Source: an uncultured Trueperaceae bacterium (GTDB lineage: Bacteria > Deinococcota > Deinococci > Deinococcales > Trueperaceae). Taken from it: a DNA stretch of 64,000 bases. The notes under the pieces were generated by a model. The model saw nothing but the letters and a program-made list of their open reading frames with translations, was not told the DNA's origin and did not search any database. Positions 8,340-18,487 of this stretch are shown here, in pieces. Made by a program: the position numbers and the translations under genes. How positions within the stretch are numbered: the first letter of the stretch is position 1; each line of letters begins with the position of its first letter. Location of the stretch: assembly GCA_963799485.1 (NCBI GenBank), contig CAWCXJ010000005.1, positions 1 to 64,000 on the forward strand, in the 5' to 3' direction.

Positions 8340-10358
8340 ATGAACCCGTTTTTATCACGAGAAGCGCGTATTCCCTTTGCCCAGATGACGCCGGAAGCTG
8401 CCCTGCCTGCTATCGACGAAGCCCTAACGCAAGCACAGCGTGAGCTGGACGCGCTGCTCAGGTCTTCCGAACGCACTTTTGAAACGCTTTTAACGCTCGA
8501 CAATTTGACTGAACGCTTGGAGCGTGTGTTGGGTTTCGTGTCGCACCTGACCTCGGTCAAAGATTCACCCGAGTTGCGCGCCGCCTTTAACGCGGTGCTG
8601 CCGCGCTACACCGCCTTTATGACGCGCCTGGGCCTTAACCCCGAGTTGTGGCAAGTTGTTAAAGAGATCGCCGGCACGCCCGAAGCGCAGGCGTTGACCG
8701 GCGTTCGTGGACGTCACCTGGAGAAAACCGTGCAGGAATTTATCCGGGCCGGGGCCGAATTGTCCGAGCAAGACAAAACCCGCTTCGAAGAACTCAACAT
8801 CGAAGTGTCGCGGCTCGCCCAGAAGTTTTCCGAAAACGTCCTCGACGCGACGAACGCCTTTGAACTCCTCGTTACCGACGAGGCCGAACTGACCGGCTTA
8901 CCCGAGTCGGCCTTAAAACTCGCCCGGGCCAGCGCCGAAGCCAAAGGGCAAACAGGCTGGCGGCTTACGCTGCAGTTCCCGTCTTACTACCCGGTTATGA
9001 CCTACGCCGAAAACCGGGCGCTACGCGAGACCTTGTACCGCGCCTATACGAACCGCGCTGCGGACGGCGACCTTGACAACCGCGAAGTCATCATCCAAAT
9101 TTTGAAGCTGCGGCGCGAACGGGCCGAGCTTTTAGGCTTCCAGACACACGCGGACTACGCCTTGGAGCCCCGCATGGTCAGTTCCGGGGCGGAGGCGCTG
9201 GCGTTCGTTCAGGGCCTCGCTGAACGAACAAGGCCCTACTGGGAAGAGGAGATCGGGGCGTTAGAAAAGTTTGCCGAAACGCTTCAATTGACCGACTTAA
9301 AGCCGTGGGACGTCTCTTTCGTCGCCGAAAAATTACGGCAGCAAAACTTCGACTTCGACGAAGAGGCGCTCCGCCCGTATTTTCCCCTAAACGGTGTGCT
9401 GGAAGGGCTTTTTAGTATCACCGAGGAAACCTTCGGCGTTACGGTGACGCGCCGCGAGAACGCTGAAGTGTGGCATGGCGACGTCGAATACTACGACCTG
9501 CACGACCAAGACGGGACGCATCTGGGTTCGTTTTACGCCGACTGGTTTCCACGCGAAGACAAACGCGGCGGTGCGTGGATGAACGGCCTGATTACGGGCG
9601 GGCCGTCCCCCGAAGGCTTTGAACCGCATATCGGCCTCATCGCCTGCAACTTTTCGCCGCCCGAAGGAGACAAGCCCGCGCTCCTCACGCACGGCGAAGT
9701 CGAGACCATCTTTCACGAGTTCGGGCACCTCCTGCACCACTGCCTGAGCCGCGTCGAGATTCCGGCCCGGAGCGGGACGAGCGTCGCCTGGGATTTCGTC
9801 GAGTTGCCGAGCCAGATTATGGAAAACTGGTGCTGGGAAGAGCCTGCTTTGGCCCGCTTTGCCCGCCACGTAGCGACCGGTGAAGGGGTTCCGCACGCGC
9901 TTTTTGAAAAGATGCGCGCGGCGAGAACCTTTATGGGCGCGAACATGCAGATGCGTCAGCTCTCGTTTGCGACCGCCGACCTGATGCTCTATACCGCCTA
10001 CGACCCCGAAACCGGCGGCGACGTGGTGGCCTACACGCAGAAAATCATGGAACCCTTTGCCATCCGCCCGGAGTTTGCCCACAACAGCTTCGTGACGAGC
10101 TTTTCGCATATCTTTTCGGGCGGGTATTCGGCGGGCTACTACTCGTACAAGTGGGCCGAAGTGCTGGACGCCGACGCCTTTACCCGGTTTCAAAACGAAG
10201 GTTTGTTCAACCCGGAAACGGGCCGCGCCTACATCGAGACCATTCTCTCGAGAGGCGACAGCGACGCCCCCGAGGTCTTGTTTCACGATTTTATGGGCAG
10301 AGACCCCGACCAGGCGGCGCTCCTCAAACGCAACCTCGGCATCGACGAGGCGGCGTAA
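8340..10358 (+). CDS. prlC: M3 family oligopeptidase A
   Basis: KRGGAWM, HEFGH zinc motif, WDFVELPSQ, GGYSAGYYSYKW. Confidence 0.92.
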   Translation: MNPFLSREARIPFAQMTPEAALPAIDEALTQAQRELDALLRSSERTFETLLTLDNLTERLERVLGFVSHLTSVKDSPELRAAFNAVLPRYTAFMTRLGLNPELWQVVKEIAGTPEAQALTGVRGRHLEKTVQEFIRAGAELSEQDKTRFEELNIEVSRLAQKFSENVLDATNAFELLVTDEAELTGLPESALKLARASAEAKGQTGWRLTLQFPSYYPVMTYAENRALRETLYRAYTNRAADGDLDNREVIIQILKLRRERAELLGFQTHADYALEPRMVSSGAEALAFVQGLAERTRPYWEEEIGALEKFAETLQLTDLKPWDVSFVAEKLRQQNFDFDEEALRPYFPLNGVLEGLFSITEETFGVTVTRRENAEVWHGDVEYYDLHDQDGTHLGSFYADWFPREDKRGGAWMNGLITGGPSPEGFEPHIGLIACNFSPPEGDKPALLTHGEVETIFHEFGHLLHHCLSRVEIPARSGTSVAWDFVELPSQIMENWCWEEPALARFARHVATGEGVPHALFEKMRAARTFMGANMQMRQLSFATADLMLYTAYDPETGGDVVAYTQKIMEPFAIRPEFAHNSFVTSFSHIFSGGYSAGYYSYKWAEVLDADAFTRFQNEGLFNPETGRAYIETILSRGDSDAPEVLFHDFMGRDPDQAALLKRNLGIDEAA

Positions 10359-10425
10359 AACTGCGGTTTGGACGCAAGGTTGAGGAGGCTCGAGCCACAT
10401 CGAGCCACACCCGTTAGACTGGGGG

Positions 10426-11022
10426 ATGGACTCGAGCCTGCTTTTGTCGGCGGAGATCTACGAAGACAAAACGTTTGCGGATTTGTCGCTTGAAGAGAGA
10501 AGTCTCGAGGACTGCACCTTTTACGACTGCCGTTTTGAACGCTGCGTTTTGGGAAGTGCAAGCCTCAAGCGCTCACGTTTTGTCGGCTGCACTTTTTCAC
10601 ACTGCGATTTGAGTTTAGCCGACCTGACCGATACCGAACTGAGCGGCGCGCGTTTTGAACACACCGCGCTCGTCGGGGTGAACTTTTCGCTTCTAGCCCG
10701 GACTTTGGCACCGCTCGAGCTGACGTTCGACACGTGCACCCTCACCTACGCGGTGTTTAAGGGGTTGGGGCTAAGTGGCTGCACTCTGACGGACTGCGCC
10801 GCGCGTGAAGCTGTTTTCGGCGGTGTAGACCTGAGCCGCGCGGCGCTGTGCGGCTCAGATTTTGAGGGCGCGGTGTTGCGGGCGTGCAACTTGACGGAGG
10901 CCGACCTGCGGGGCGCGCGCAACTACAGCGTCAGCGTCAAGCAAAACGAGGTCAAAGGGCTTAAAGTCTCGTTTCCCGAGGCGTTGGGGTTGTTGGCGGG
11001 GCTCGGGGTCATCGTCGGCTAG
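10426..11022 (+). CDS. Pentapeptide repeat protein
   Basis: Tandem A/C-D/N-L/F-x-x repeats. Confidence 0.9.
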   Translation: MDSSLLLSAEIYEDKTFADLSLEERSLEDCTFYDCRFERCVLGSASLKRSRFVGCTFSHCDLSLADLTDTELSGARFEHTALVGVNFSLLARTLAPLELTFDTCTLTYAVFKGLGLSGCTLTDCAAREAVFGGVDLSRAALCGSDFEGAVLRACNLTEADLRGARNYSVSVKQNEVKGLKVSFPEALGLLAGLGVIVG

Positions 11023-11031
11023 AACTCGGCT

Positions 11032-11643
11032 TTAGGTTCTGTGACGCGTCGGCACGGTAAGCAGTGCGCTCAGCCCGACGAGACCGACGAACAGCACGAG
11101 ACTGGTGAGGGCAATCTGCCCGTAACTCTGTTCGCCGGCGTCAAGAAACGGGTAGGGATACCAGCCGACAAAGAGGCCGCGAAGCAAACTGTAGACCACA
11201 TAAGCCACCGGAAAAACGAGCCAGACCAGCGCCTGCCCAAACGTCACGCGCCGCTGCGGTGGTGCGACAAGCCAATCGACGAGTACGGCGGCGGGCATGA
11301 CGTAGTGCAGCACGGTATTTACCCACGGCACCGGGGTTTGCAAAGACGCCTCGAGCCCCCGCAACAGCAAAAAGTAGATGATGCCGGTCGTCGTCATATA
11401 GAGCGTCGCCGCGCCTCTAAGCAGCGCGAAGCGTTCGGTGTCGGCGAGTTGCAAGGCAGCAAAACCGGTGATTAAAAAGACAACTGCCGCGACCAGATTG
11501 CTCTCGATGGTAAAAAAGCTGAAAAAGTTCGCTACGATAAAATCATTTCGTTGCAAGCCGAGAACAAACTGTGTGCCCACGGCAGCGAGGGCGAGCGCGG
11601 CAAAAACCAGTCGAAAGACACCGAAACTACGCTGGGCGTTCAT
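11032..11643 (-). CDS. Pr6Pr / FAR-17a-like integral membrane protein
   Basis: FFSFFTIESN, LHYVMP, WYPYPFLD motifs; start moved to ATG 11643. Confidence 0.8.
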   Translation of the reverse strand: MNAQRSFGVFRLVFAALALAAVGTQFVLGLQRNDFIVANFFSFFTIESNLVAAVVFLITGFAALQLADTERFALLRGAATLYMTTTGIIYFLLLRGLEASLQTPVPWVNTVLHYVMPAAVLVDWLVAPPQRRVTFGQALVWLVFPVAYVVYSLLRGLFVGWYPYPFLDAGEQSYGQIALTSLVLFVGLVGLSALLTVPTRHRT

Positions 11644-11776
11644 GGGCTCAGCATAGAGCTTATCCAGAAACCCCGTAGCAGAAATGACCTGTTCCGAACC
11701 CGCCGGCACGTTTGCAGGGTGCGACCTTACTTTTTCTCCGCGGCTACCGTGACACGCTCTAACTCAGGAGGCAAAG

Positions 11777-12118
11777 ATGGCCGATACGACGATTAAAAAA
11801 GTCAGCTCTAAAACGTCCCCGCAAGGTGAGATGGGGCAGGTCTACCTGGCGTCGGGCAAAGGCGTGTCGATGCGGCTCTGGCGCAACGAACCCGCCGACG
11901 AAACCAAACCCGCAGAGCGCCGCGACTACGAAACGGTCGGGTATGTGATTGAAGGCGCTGCCGAGCTGCACCTCGAGGGGCAGATGGTGAGGTTGGGGCC
12001 CGGTGATTCGTGGCTCGTTCCCAAAGGTGCCAGCCACACCTACAAGATTTTAGAGGCGTTTACGGCGGTCGAGGCGACGCACCCACCCGCCGAGGTCAAG
12101 GGGCGCGACGAAGCCTGA
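11777..12118 (+). CDS. Cupin domain protein
   Basis: YETVGYVIEG...LGPGDSWLVPKGASH; AGGAGG RBS. Confidence 0.85.
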   Translation: MADTTIKKVSSKTSPQGEMGQVYLASGKGVSMRLWRNEPADETKPAERRDYETVGYVIEGAAELHLEGQMVRLGPGDSWLVPKGASHTYKILEAFTAVEATHPPAEVKGRDEA

Positions 12119-12133
12119 GCGCACGCCGTAAAA

Positions 12134-13476
12134 TCAGCTTATCCCCTCGAGCACTCTTGCCAGGGCCTCGAGGGGTTTGTTTTGTACCACCGACGCCGCG
12201 TAAAGCGCCGCTCCCACGGCCCCTTCTTCCTGATGCGGGGTCAGCGTCAGGGGCAACCCGAACGTCTCTTTTACCCGCTCCCGCACCAGAGCGCTCCGGC
12301 GCAGCGCGTTGCCGCTCCCGATGAGGTTCGTGACGCCCGCCGTCAGCCCCGCCGCCGTAAAACCCGACGACCAGAAGGTGTGCAGTTCGGTGACGACACC
12401 TTGCGCGAAGCCGTAAGCGAGATGTTCCAGCGTAAAGTTGTCCGGCGTGATGTTGCGAACTGCCCCGGCTTTTGCGCCGGCGCTGCTCCGCGACCCGGCG
12501 AAGCGTGTGTCTACCTCTAAGTAGGGCGGTTTGAGGGCTTCAAGGTCAACCTCGAGCAGCGCGTAGGGGTTTTCAAGCTGTTCGCCGGTCAGTCTGTAAG
12601 CAATTTCGCCCACCAGCTTTGCCAGCAGCTCCAGCGCTTTACCACCCGTCAGGCTTGCGCCGACGAGCAAAAAGCGGTTTCCGGGAAAAGGGCGGGTCTC
12701 GAGGCCGTCCGCGTGTTTGAGCTCGTGACTCACACAACTGACCTGACCGCTCGTGCCGAGCGTAAGCAAAGCCGAGCGTTCCGGGTCGCCCACACTGCCG
12801 ATAAAACTCGCCTGATTGTCGCCCAAAGCGGTAACGACGGGGACGCCCTCATACTCGCCTGCGACGCTGCCGTAAACGCTCACAGTCGGGAGTTTTACGG
12901 GGCCGGGGCCCAACTCTGCCCAGGCGGGTTTGAAAGAATGCTCGAGGCTAAAAAGACCCAGACTGTGCGCCAGGGTCGGGTCGGTTAGCGGGTGCGCGAG
13001 CCCGCAGAGGCGCATCACCAGATAGTCGGGGGCCGTGCAGAGCGACGCGGCGCTCTCTGGAACACGCCCGTTCTGAAGCTGCGTAAAGTGCGTCACCGCG
13101 CCGTAACCGTGGGGGACAGCTTCGCCGGTGGCAGCTTGAAAGCGCTCGCGGTAACGCTCTTCAGCTTCAGCCTGCCGGTCGAGCCAAGTGTAAAGCGGGC
13201 TGACGGCCTGCCCCGCCGCGTCTACATACAAAATCCCGTGCATCTGTCCGGTTACGCCGACGCCGGAAAAAGGGCCGAACGCTTGTGTGAGCGTCTGAAA
13301 AAACCCCTGCGCTTCTGCTACTAACACGTCGGGGTCTTGCGCGTGCGCGCCCGGTATGCCGGTAGCCATCTCCGCCTGATGAGGGCGGCTATAGGTCTTT
13401 GAACCTCGCCGGTTTGCAGGTCGATGACTGCCGCCGACACGCTCGTCGTACCGAGGTCTAAGCCCAGAAACCGCAT
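12134..13476 (-). CDS. FGGY-family sugar kinase (sedoheptulokinase/xylulokinase-like), frameshifted near 13400
   Basis: N-terminus MRFLGLDLGTTSVS starts at 13476 in a different frame from the 12134-13369 ORF (TGQMHG, LGDNQAS, TLGTSGQ); one extra A in the CAAAG run restores the frame. Confidence 0.8.
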
Positions 13477-13478
13477 GT

Positions 13479-15311
13479 TTACACCGCCACCGAGTTGTTT
13501 TGGGTAGGGTCGTAATCCGGCGACTGGTGCCGAAAATAGGTGGTATAAAGCTCGGCGTAGTGCCCGCCCGCCGCCATCAGCCCGTGGTGGTCGCCGTGTT
13601 CGATGACTTCGCCTTCCCGTAGAACGATGATGCGGTCAGCCGAGCGAACCGTAGACAGGCGGTGCGCGATGACGATGGCGGTGCGGCCCCGTAAGACGAC
13701 CTCGAGCCCCTCCTGAATCTGCGCCTCGGTCAGCGGGTCCACGCTCGCGGTCGCCTCGTCCAGAATCAGGATGCTGGGGTTTTGCAAGAGCGTCCGGGCG
13801 AGCGCCACGAGCTGCCGCTGCCCCACCGAGATACCTTTACCCGCCTCGCCCACGTCGGTGTCGAGTCCTTGCGGCAGCGCGTCCAACCAGTCGCCGCCGC
13901 CGATACGCCCCGCCACCTCGCGTACCTGTTCATCTGACGCGCCCGCCGCCCCGTAACGGATGTTGTCCCGCACCGTACCGCCGAACAAAAACGGCGTCTG
14001 CTGGACGATGCCCAGGTGTTTACGGTAGGAGGGAAGCTCGAGCGTCCGAACGTCCACCCCGTCAATCTTCAGCTCACCCCCCTGAAACTCGTAGAACCGC
14101 GCCACCAGCTTGCCGAGACTCGATTTGCCCGCCCCGGTATGTCCGACGAGCGCCACCGTCTCCCCGGCGTGGATGGTCAGGTTGAAGTGGTCTAAGACCT
14201 GCTCCTGCGCGGTATAGCGAAAGTCCAGGTTCTTAAACTCGATGCGGCCTTTGACGTTCTCCAAAACTTTTGCGTCCGTCTGCACCACGCGCGGCTCGGC
14301 GTCTACGAGCGCAAAGACCCGTTCACTTGCCGACAATCCCAGCTGAAACTGGCTCCAGAACGACGCGATGCTCGTCAGGGGTTGCCACAGCAAGGCGATG
14401 CTCTCGGCAAACAAAAACCATTGACCGGGCGTCACACTGCCCGCGACGACGCTCGTGCCACCGAAATAGACGATGAGCGCCGTGCCGACGCCGGCAATCG
14501 TCCCGAGTACCGGGAATATCCCGCTGAAAACCAGCCCTTGCCGCAGGTTGAGCGCATACGACTGCGCGTTGACGCGGCTGAACTCGCCGTAAATCGCGCC
14601 CTCTTGTCGAAATGTTTTCGCTACCGAGATGCCGGTAATCGACTCCTGTACGTTGGCGTTGACTTCAGCCAAGACGCGCCGCGCCTGCTGTGTGGTGCTG
14701 CGGGCAAGGCGGCGAAAGGCGAGCGCCGCCGCCACGATAAACGGCGCAATCAACAGGGCAATCAGCGCGAGCTGCGCGTTGATAAAAAACAGCACCCCGA
14801 CGACGATGGCGACCTGGACAAGCTGGCTCATCAGGTTGAGGGTCAGGGTGACGACGGTGGCAAAATCCTGCGTATCGGAGGTAACGCGGCTGACGATTTT
14901 GCCGGTCGAAAACTCATCGTAAAACGACATATCGCGTTCTAAAACCGCGTCGAAGGCGTCTTTACGGAGGTTGAGCACGACGTCGCCGACGACCCGCGCG
15001 GTATAGCTCTGCCGAAAAAAGTTAAAGCCCCACGACAGTGCGCCCGCACTGAAAATCGCGGCGAGCAGCCACACCGTACTCTGCCACCGCGCCGTAACCG
15101 CGCCCGTTTGGGTTGTTAGCGCGTCGATACCCCTTGCGATCAAAATCGGCAAGGCTGCGTCCATCGCCGCTGTGAGCAAAATCGTCGTGGCAACAAAGAT
15201 CATCAGGCCGAAAAACGGGCGAAAGTAACCGACGATGCGCCCTAAAAGCTGCCGGTCGGAATAGGTGCGGTCGTAAGCCTCCGCGCTGAGGCCGTCCATC
15301 ACAAAACCCAT
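13479..15311 (-). CDS. Heterodimeric ABC exporter, subunit B (TMD-NBD)
   Basis: Walker A GHTGAGKS, degenerate signature ISVGQRQ, LDEAT; ATG 15311 after GAGGAGG. Confidence 0.9.
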   Translation of the reverse strand: MGFVMDGLSAEAYDRTYSDRQLLGRIVGYFRPFFGLMIFVATTILLTAAMDAALPILIARGIDALTTQTGAVTARWQSTVWLLAAIFSAGALSWGFNFFRQSYTARVVGDVVLNLRKDAFDAVLERDMSFYDEFSTGKIVSRVTSDTQDFATVVTLTLNLMSQLVQVAIVVGVLFFINAQLALIALLIAPFIVAAALAFRRLARSTTQQARRVLAEVNANVQESITGISVAKTFRQEGAIYGEFSRVNAQSYALNLRQGLVFSGIFPVLGTIAGVGTALIVYFGGTSVVAGSVTPGQWFLFAESIALLWQPLTSIASFWSQFQLGLSASERVFALVDAEPRVVQTDAKVLENVKGRIEFKNLDFRYTAQEQVLDHFNLTIHAGETVALVGHTGAGKSSLGKLVARFYEFQGGELKIDGVDVRTLELPSYRKHLGIVQQTPFLFGGTVRDNIRYGAAGASDEQVREVAGRIGGGDWLDALPQGLDTDVGEAGKGISVGQRQLVALARTLLQNPSILILDEATASVDPLTEAQIQEGLEVVLRGRTAIVIAHRLSTVRSADRIIVLREGEVIEHGDHHGLMAAGGHYAELYTTYFRHQSPDYDPTQNNSVAV

Positions 15312-15313
15312 GC

Positions 15314-17104
15314 TTAGTCCTCCTCGTAACGGGCGAAGATACGCTGGTAGAGGCTGCACCGCCCCAACAGCTCGTCGTGACTGCCCTGGTCTACCAAACG
15401 GCCTTGATGCAAGACCAAAATCTTGTCGGCCTGCCGAATCTGCGAGAGCCGGTGGGTGATCAGGAGCGTGGTGCGGCCCTCTAAAACCTTGTCGATGGCC
15501 CGCTGAATCTGGTCTTCGGTGGCGCTGTCGATAGCGCTCGTCGAGTCGTCCAAAATCAGGATTCTGGGGTCGGTCAGGAGCGCCCGCGCAATCGCTAAAC
15601 GCTGCCGCTGCCCGCCGGAAAGGGTGACGCCGCGCTCGCCGATGACGGTCGCGTAACCGTCGGAAAAGTGTTTGATAAACTCGTGGGCTTGCGCTGCTTT
15701 CGCCGCTGCTTCAATCGCTTCAGGTGTCGCTTTGGAGCCTAACCCGAAAGCGATATTGGCCGAAACCGAACGCGAAAAGAGAAACACGTCTTGCTCGATC
15801 ACCGAAATCTGCGAGCGGAGGGACTCGAGGTTCCAGTCCCGCACGTCCACCCCGTCAATTGTGATGCGACCCTGGGTTACGTCGTAGGCGCGGTTGACGA
15901 GTTTGGTCAGGGTGCTTTTACCCGAGCCGGTCTGTCCGACAATGGCCACCGTTTGCCCCGGCGACGCCGTAAACGTCAGGTCTTGCAAGCTCAGCTTGTC
16001 GCTGCCGTACCCGAACGACACGTTCTCAAACCTTACTTCACCGTCAATCGGTGCGGCGTAACCGGCGGTGTTCTCGTCTAGGTCGGTGTCTTCGCGGATG
16101 AGTTCTAAAATCCGCTCGGCCCCCGCAAAGCCGAGCTGTACGAGCGAAAAGGTAAAAATGGAGATAAACGCCGGAAACCGCAGCGTCCCCATCAGGCCCA
16201 TGTAGGCGACCAAATCACCGACCGAAATGCGGCCCAGCGCCAGGAGATAAAGCCCGTGCGCGAACGCGCCGCTGATGGCTAAGCCGATTAAGAGCAGCGG
16301 CAGATAACGCGCCTGCACCCGGCCTTGTTCGGCAAACGCGTCGCGGTAGAGCGCTGCGTCCCGGACGAATTTGCGTTTCTCCTGTGCCTCTTGCGCCGCG
16401 CCCTTGACAACTTCAATGCCGGTAATCGCCTCGTTAAGGCCGGCGTTCATCACGCCGAAGCGTTTGCGGAGCGCCGCCGACACCGGCCCGAGCCGGTTCA
16501 TGTAGTGCCGGAGCGCAAACACAAAGGTGATGACAAACAAAACAGGGGAGATGAGCAGGGTAGGCTTGAGCACCCCGATAAACACGAGCGGGACGACAAT
16601 CCCGATAATCGATTCGGACAACAAGGCCACACCGGGGTTCATCATCGGGTTGAGCTGCCGCACGTCGTTCCCGGCGCGGGCCATGATGTCGCCGACGCGC
16701 TGCCGGTTGTGAAACGTCTGGCTTTTGCCGAGCAAGCTCACGTAGAGTTCATCACGAGCGTCGCGCTCGAGCCGTTGCCCCAGCGTTTCGACCGAAAAAC
16801 TGTTGATGATGTCCACCACGCCGCGTACCAAAACGATGCCCAAGATAATCAGCGCAATCGTCAAGAGTCGCCGTACACTCGGCTCAGGCCGCAACACCTC
16901 GTCAAACGCCGTTCCGGTCAGGCGCGGCACTGCTGAAAAAAGTACGTTGGTCAAGATAGCGGCAGCGGCAAAGCTGAAAAGCAGGCGCGGATAGCGCCCC
17001 AAATGCGACAAAATCCAGCGGAGTGTGCCGGTGTCGTCGTAGCGGTACGCGCCCTCGACGCCGAATTCACGTTTGCCTTCCCGCGGCGGAAGTGTAACAG
17101 CCAC
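15314..17104 (-). CDS. Heterodimeric ABC exporter, subunit A (TMD-NBD)
   Basis: GQTGSGKS, LSGGQRQ, degenerate Walker B LDDST; probable GTG start at 17104. Confidence 0.9.
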   Translation of the reverse strand: MAVTLPPREGKREFGVEGAYRYDDTGTLRWILSHLGRYPRLLFSFAAAAILTNVLFSAVPRLTGTAFDEVLRPEPSVRRLLTIALIILGIVLVRGVVDIINSFSVETLGQRLERDARDELYVSLLGKSQTFHNRQRVGDIMARAGNDVRQLNPMMNPGVALLSESIIGIVVPLVFIGVLKPTLLISPVLFVITFVFALRHYMNRLGPVSAALRKRFGVMNAGLNEAITGIEVVKGAAQEAQEKRKFVRDAALYRDAFAEQGRVQARYLPLLLIGLAISGAFAHGLYLLALGRISVGDLVAYMGLMGTLRFPAFISIFTFSLVQLGFAGAERILELIREDTDLDENTAGYAAPIDGEVRFENVSFGYGSDKLSLQDLTFTASPGQTVAIVGQTGSGKSTLTKLVNRAYDVTQGRITIDGVDVRDWNLESLRSQISVIEQDVFLFSRSVSANIAFGLGSKATPEAIEAAAKAAQAHEFIKHFSDGYATVIGERGVTLSGGQRQRLAIARALLTDPRILILDDSTSAIDSATEDQIQRAIDKVLEGRTTLLITHRLSQIRQADKILVLHQGRLVDQGSHDELLGRCSLYQRIFARYEED

Positions 17105-17304
17105 ATCTACCTCTTTTCCCGCTCTCCAAGCCGTTTTCAGCACATTTTACGGTACTGCTGTACGCCTGCTGCCGGCTACTATACCTTAAAAATTGAGGTA
17201 AAAGCTCGAGGCCAAATTGCATCTCACAGGCCGCTCACTATCTTAGCGGTTTTACGGTGTGTTTAGGGGCTCGAGTCCACCTGAACGCCGACGTCTAAAG
17301 CTTT

Positions 17305-17485
17305 GCCGTAAACCCGCGCTGTACAAACGCCTTACACCTTTTGTCCCCGCAAAACTCAAGCTGCCGTAAAGCTGCCGTAAAACCTACGCCGTAAAATCTA
17401 CGCCGTAAAACTCACGTCGTACTCAAGCACGTCAGCGTAAAAGCCTTTTAGATGCCGTAAAAAAGACAGCGTGCAAACCGTAAAG
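17305..17485 (+). repeat. Intergenic cluster of CCGTAAA repeats
   Basis: Seven CCGTAAA copies, including tandem GCTGCCGTAAA x2 and CTACGCCGTAAAA x2 (17360-17410). Confidence 0.8.
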
Positions 17486-17538
17486 CCGACGCGAGCTTTG
17501 CGCTACCGGGGCGCGGCGTACGTGCTAGAGTTACCGCC

Positions 17539-18447
17539 GTGCGGAACCTCACTTATCCCAAAACATTCGTTCAGTATCTCTTAGTCAGCGCCAAAGGGCT
17601 GGTCATGGGCGCAGCCGACGTCGTACCCGGCGTTTCGGGCGGCACGATGGCCCTCATCATGGGTATCTACGAAGAGCTGATTCACGCCATCACGCAGTTC
17701 TCCCGTAAAGACCTCTACGCCCGCATCTTTTCCGGCAAGCTGGGCAAAGCGCTGGGGCAGGTACATTTGGGCTTTTTAGTCGCGCTGGTGTCGGGTATCG
17801 CTGTTGCCGTCTTGAGCTTGGCAGGTGTTTTGGAATATTTGCTCGAGACTCGGCCGGTGTGGGTCTTTTCTTTTTTCTTCGGGCTTATCCTAGCCTCGGT
17901 CTGGGCAGTAGGCAAGCTGGTGCGGGGCTGGAACACGGTGACGGTGACGAGTTTTGCGGTCGGCGCAGCGCTGGCTTTTGTCATTGTCGGCCTGACACCA
18001 ACCCAGACGCCCGAAGCCTCGTGGTTTATCTTTTTGAGCGGCGCAGTTGCGATTTGTGCGCTCATCTTGCCGGGTATTTCGGGATCGTTTATTTTGCTGC
18101 TGCTGGGCAAATACGAGTTTATACTGGGCGCGGTCAACGATAGAAACTTGAGCGTCATCGTGGTGTTTGCGCTCGGCGCGGCGGTGGGATTGTTGGGCTT
18201 TGCCAAAGTGCTCAACTGGCTCTTGACGCACTACTACGACGTTCTGATCGCCCTCTTGTGCGGCTTTATGCTGGGGAGTCTGCGTAAAATCTGGCCGTGG
18301 AAACTCGAGCTGGAGGGCGGACTACTTACCCGCAACGTTTTGCCCGGGGGCGGGCTCGAGCTACTCTACGCGCTGCTGCTGGCTTTGGCGGGCGTGGTGC
18401 TGGTGCTGCTGATTTCAAAGCAGGGAGAGCGGCAGGAAGCTCGCTAG
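17539..18447 (+). CDS. DUF368 family protein (undecaprenyl-phosphate translocase type)
   Basis: KGLVMGAADVVPGVSGGTMALIMGIY and ILPGISGSFILL signature motifs. Confidence 0.9.
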   Translation: MRNLTYPKTFVQYLLVSAKGLVMGAADVVPGVSGGTMALIMGIYEELIHAITQFSRKDLYARIFSGKLGKALGQVHLGFLVALVSGIAVAVLSLAGVLEYLLETRPVWVFSFFFGLILASVWAVGKLVRGWNTVTVTSFAVGAALAFVIVGLTPTQTPEASWFIFLSGAVAICALILPGISGSFILLLLGKYEFILGAVNDRNLSVIVVFALGAAVGLLGFAKVLNWLLTHYYDVLIALLCGFMLGSLRKIWPWKLELEGGLLTRNVLPGGGLELLYALLLALAGVVLVLLISKQGERQEAR

Positions 18448-18487
18448 GCCGGTTTGTTGAGAGATTTTTAACATCGCGGCCCGTGTT

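Noticed and set aside
9387..10400. 337-aa antisense ORF inside prlC
   Set aside because: Shadow ORF typical of GC-rich coding DNA; no recognisable motifs or translation signals
17305..17485. CRISPR array or replication origin
   Set aside because: Units are 7-14 bp without unique spacers; no cas, rep or dnaA genes and no DnaA boxes seen
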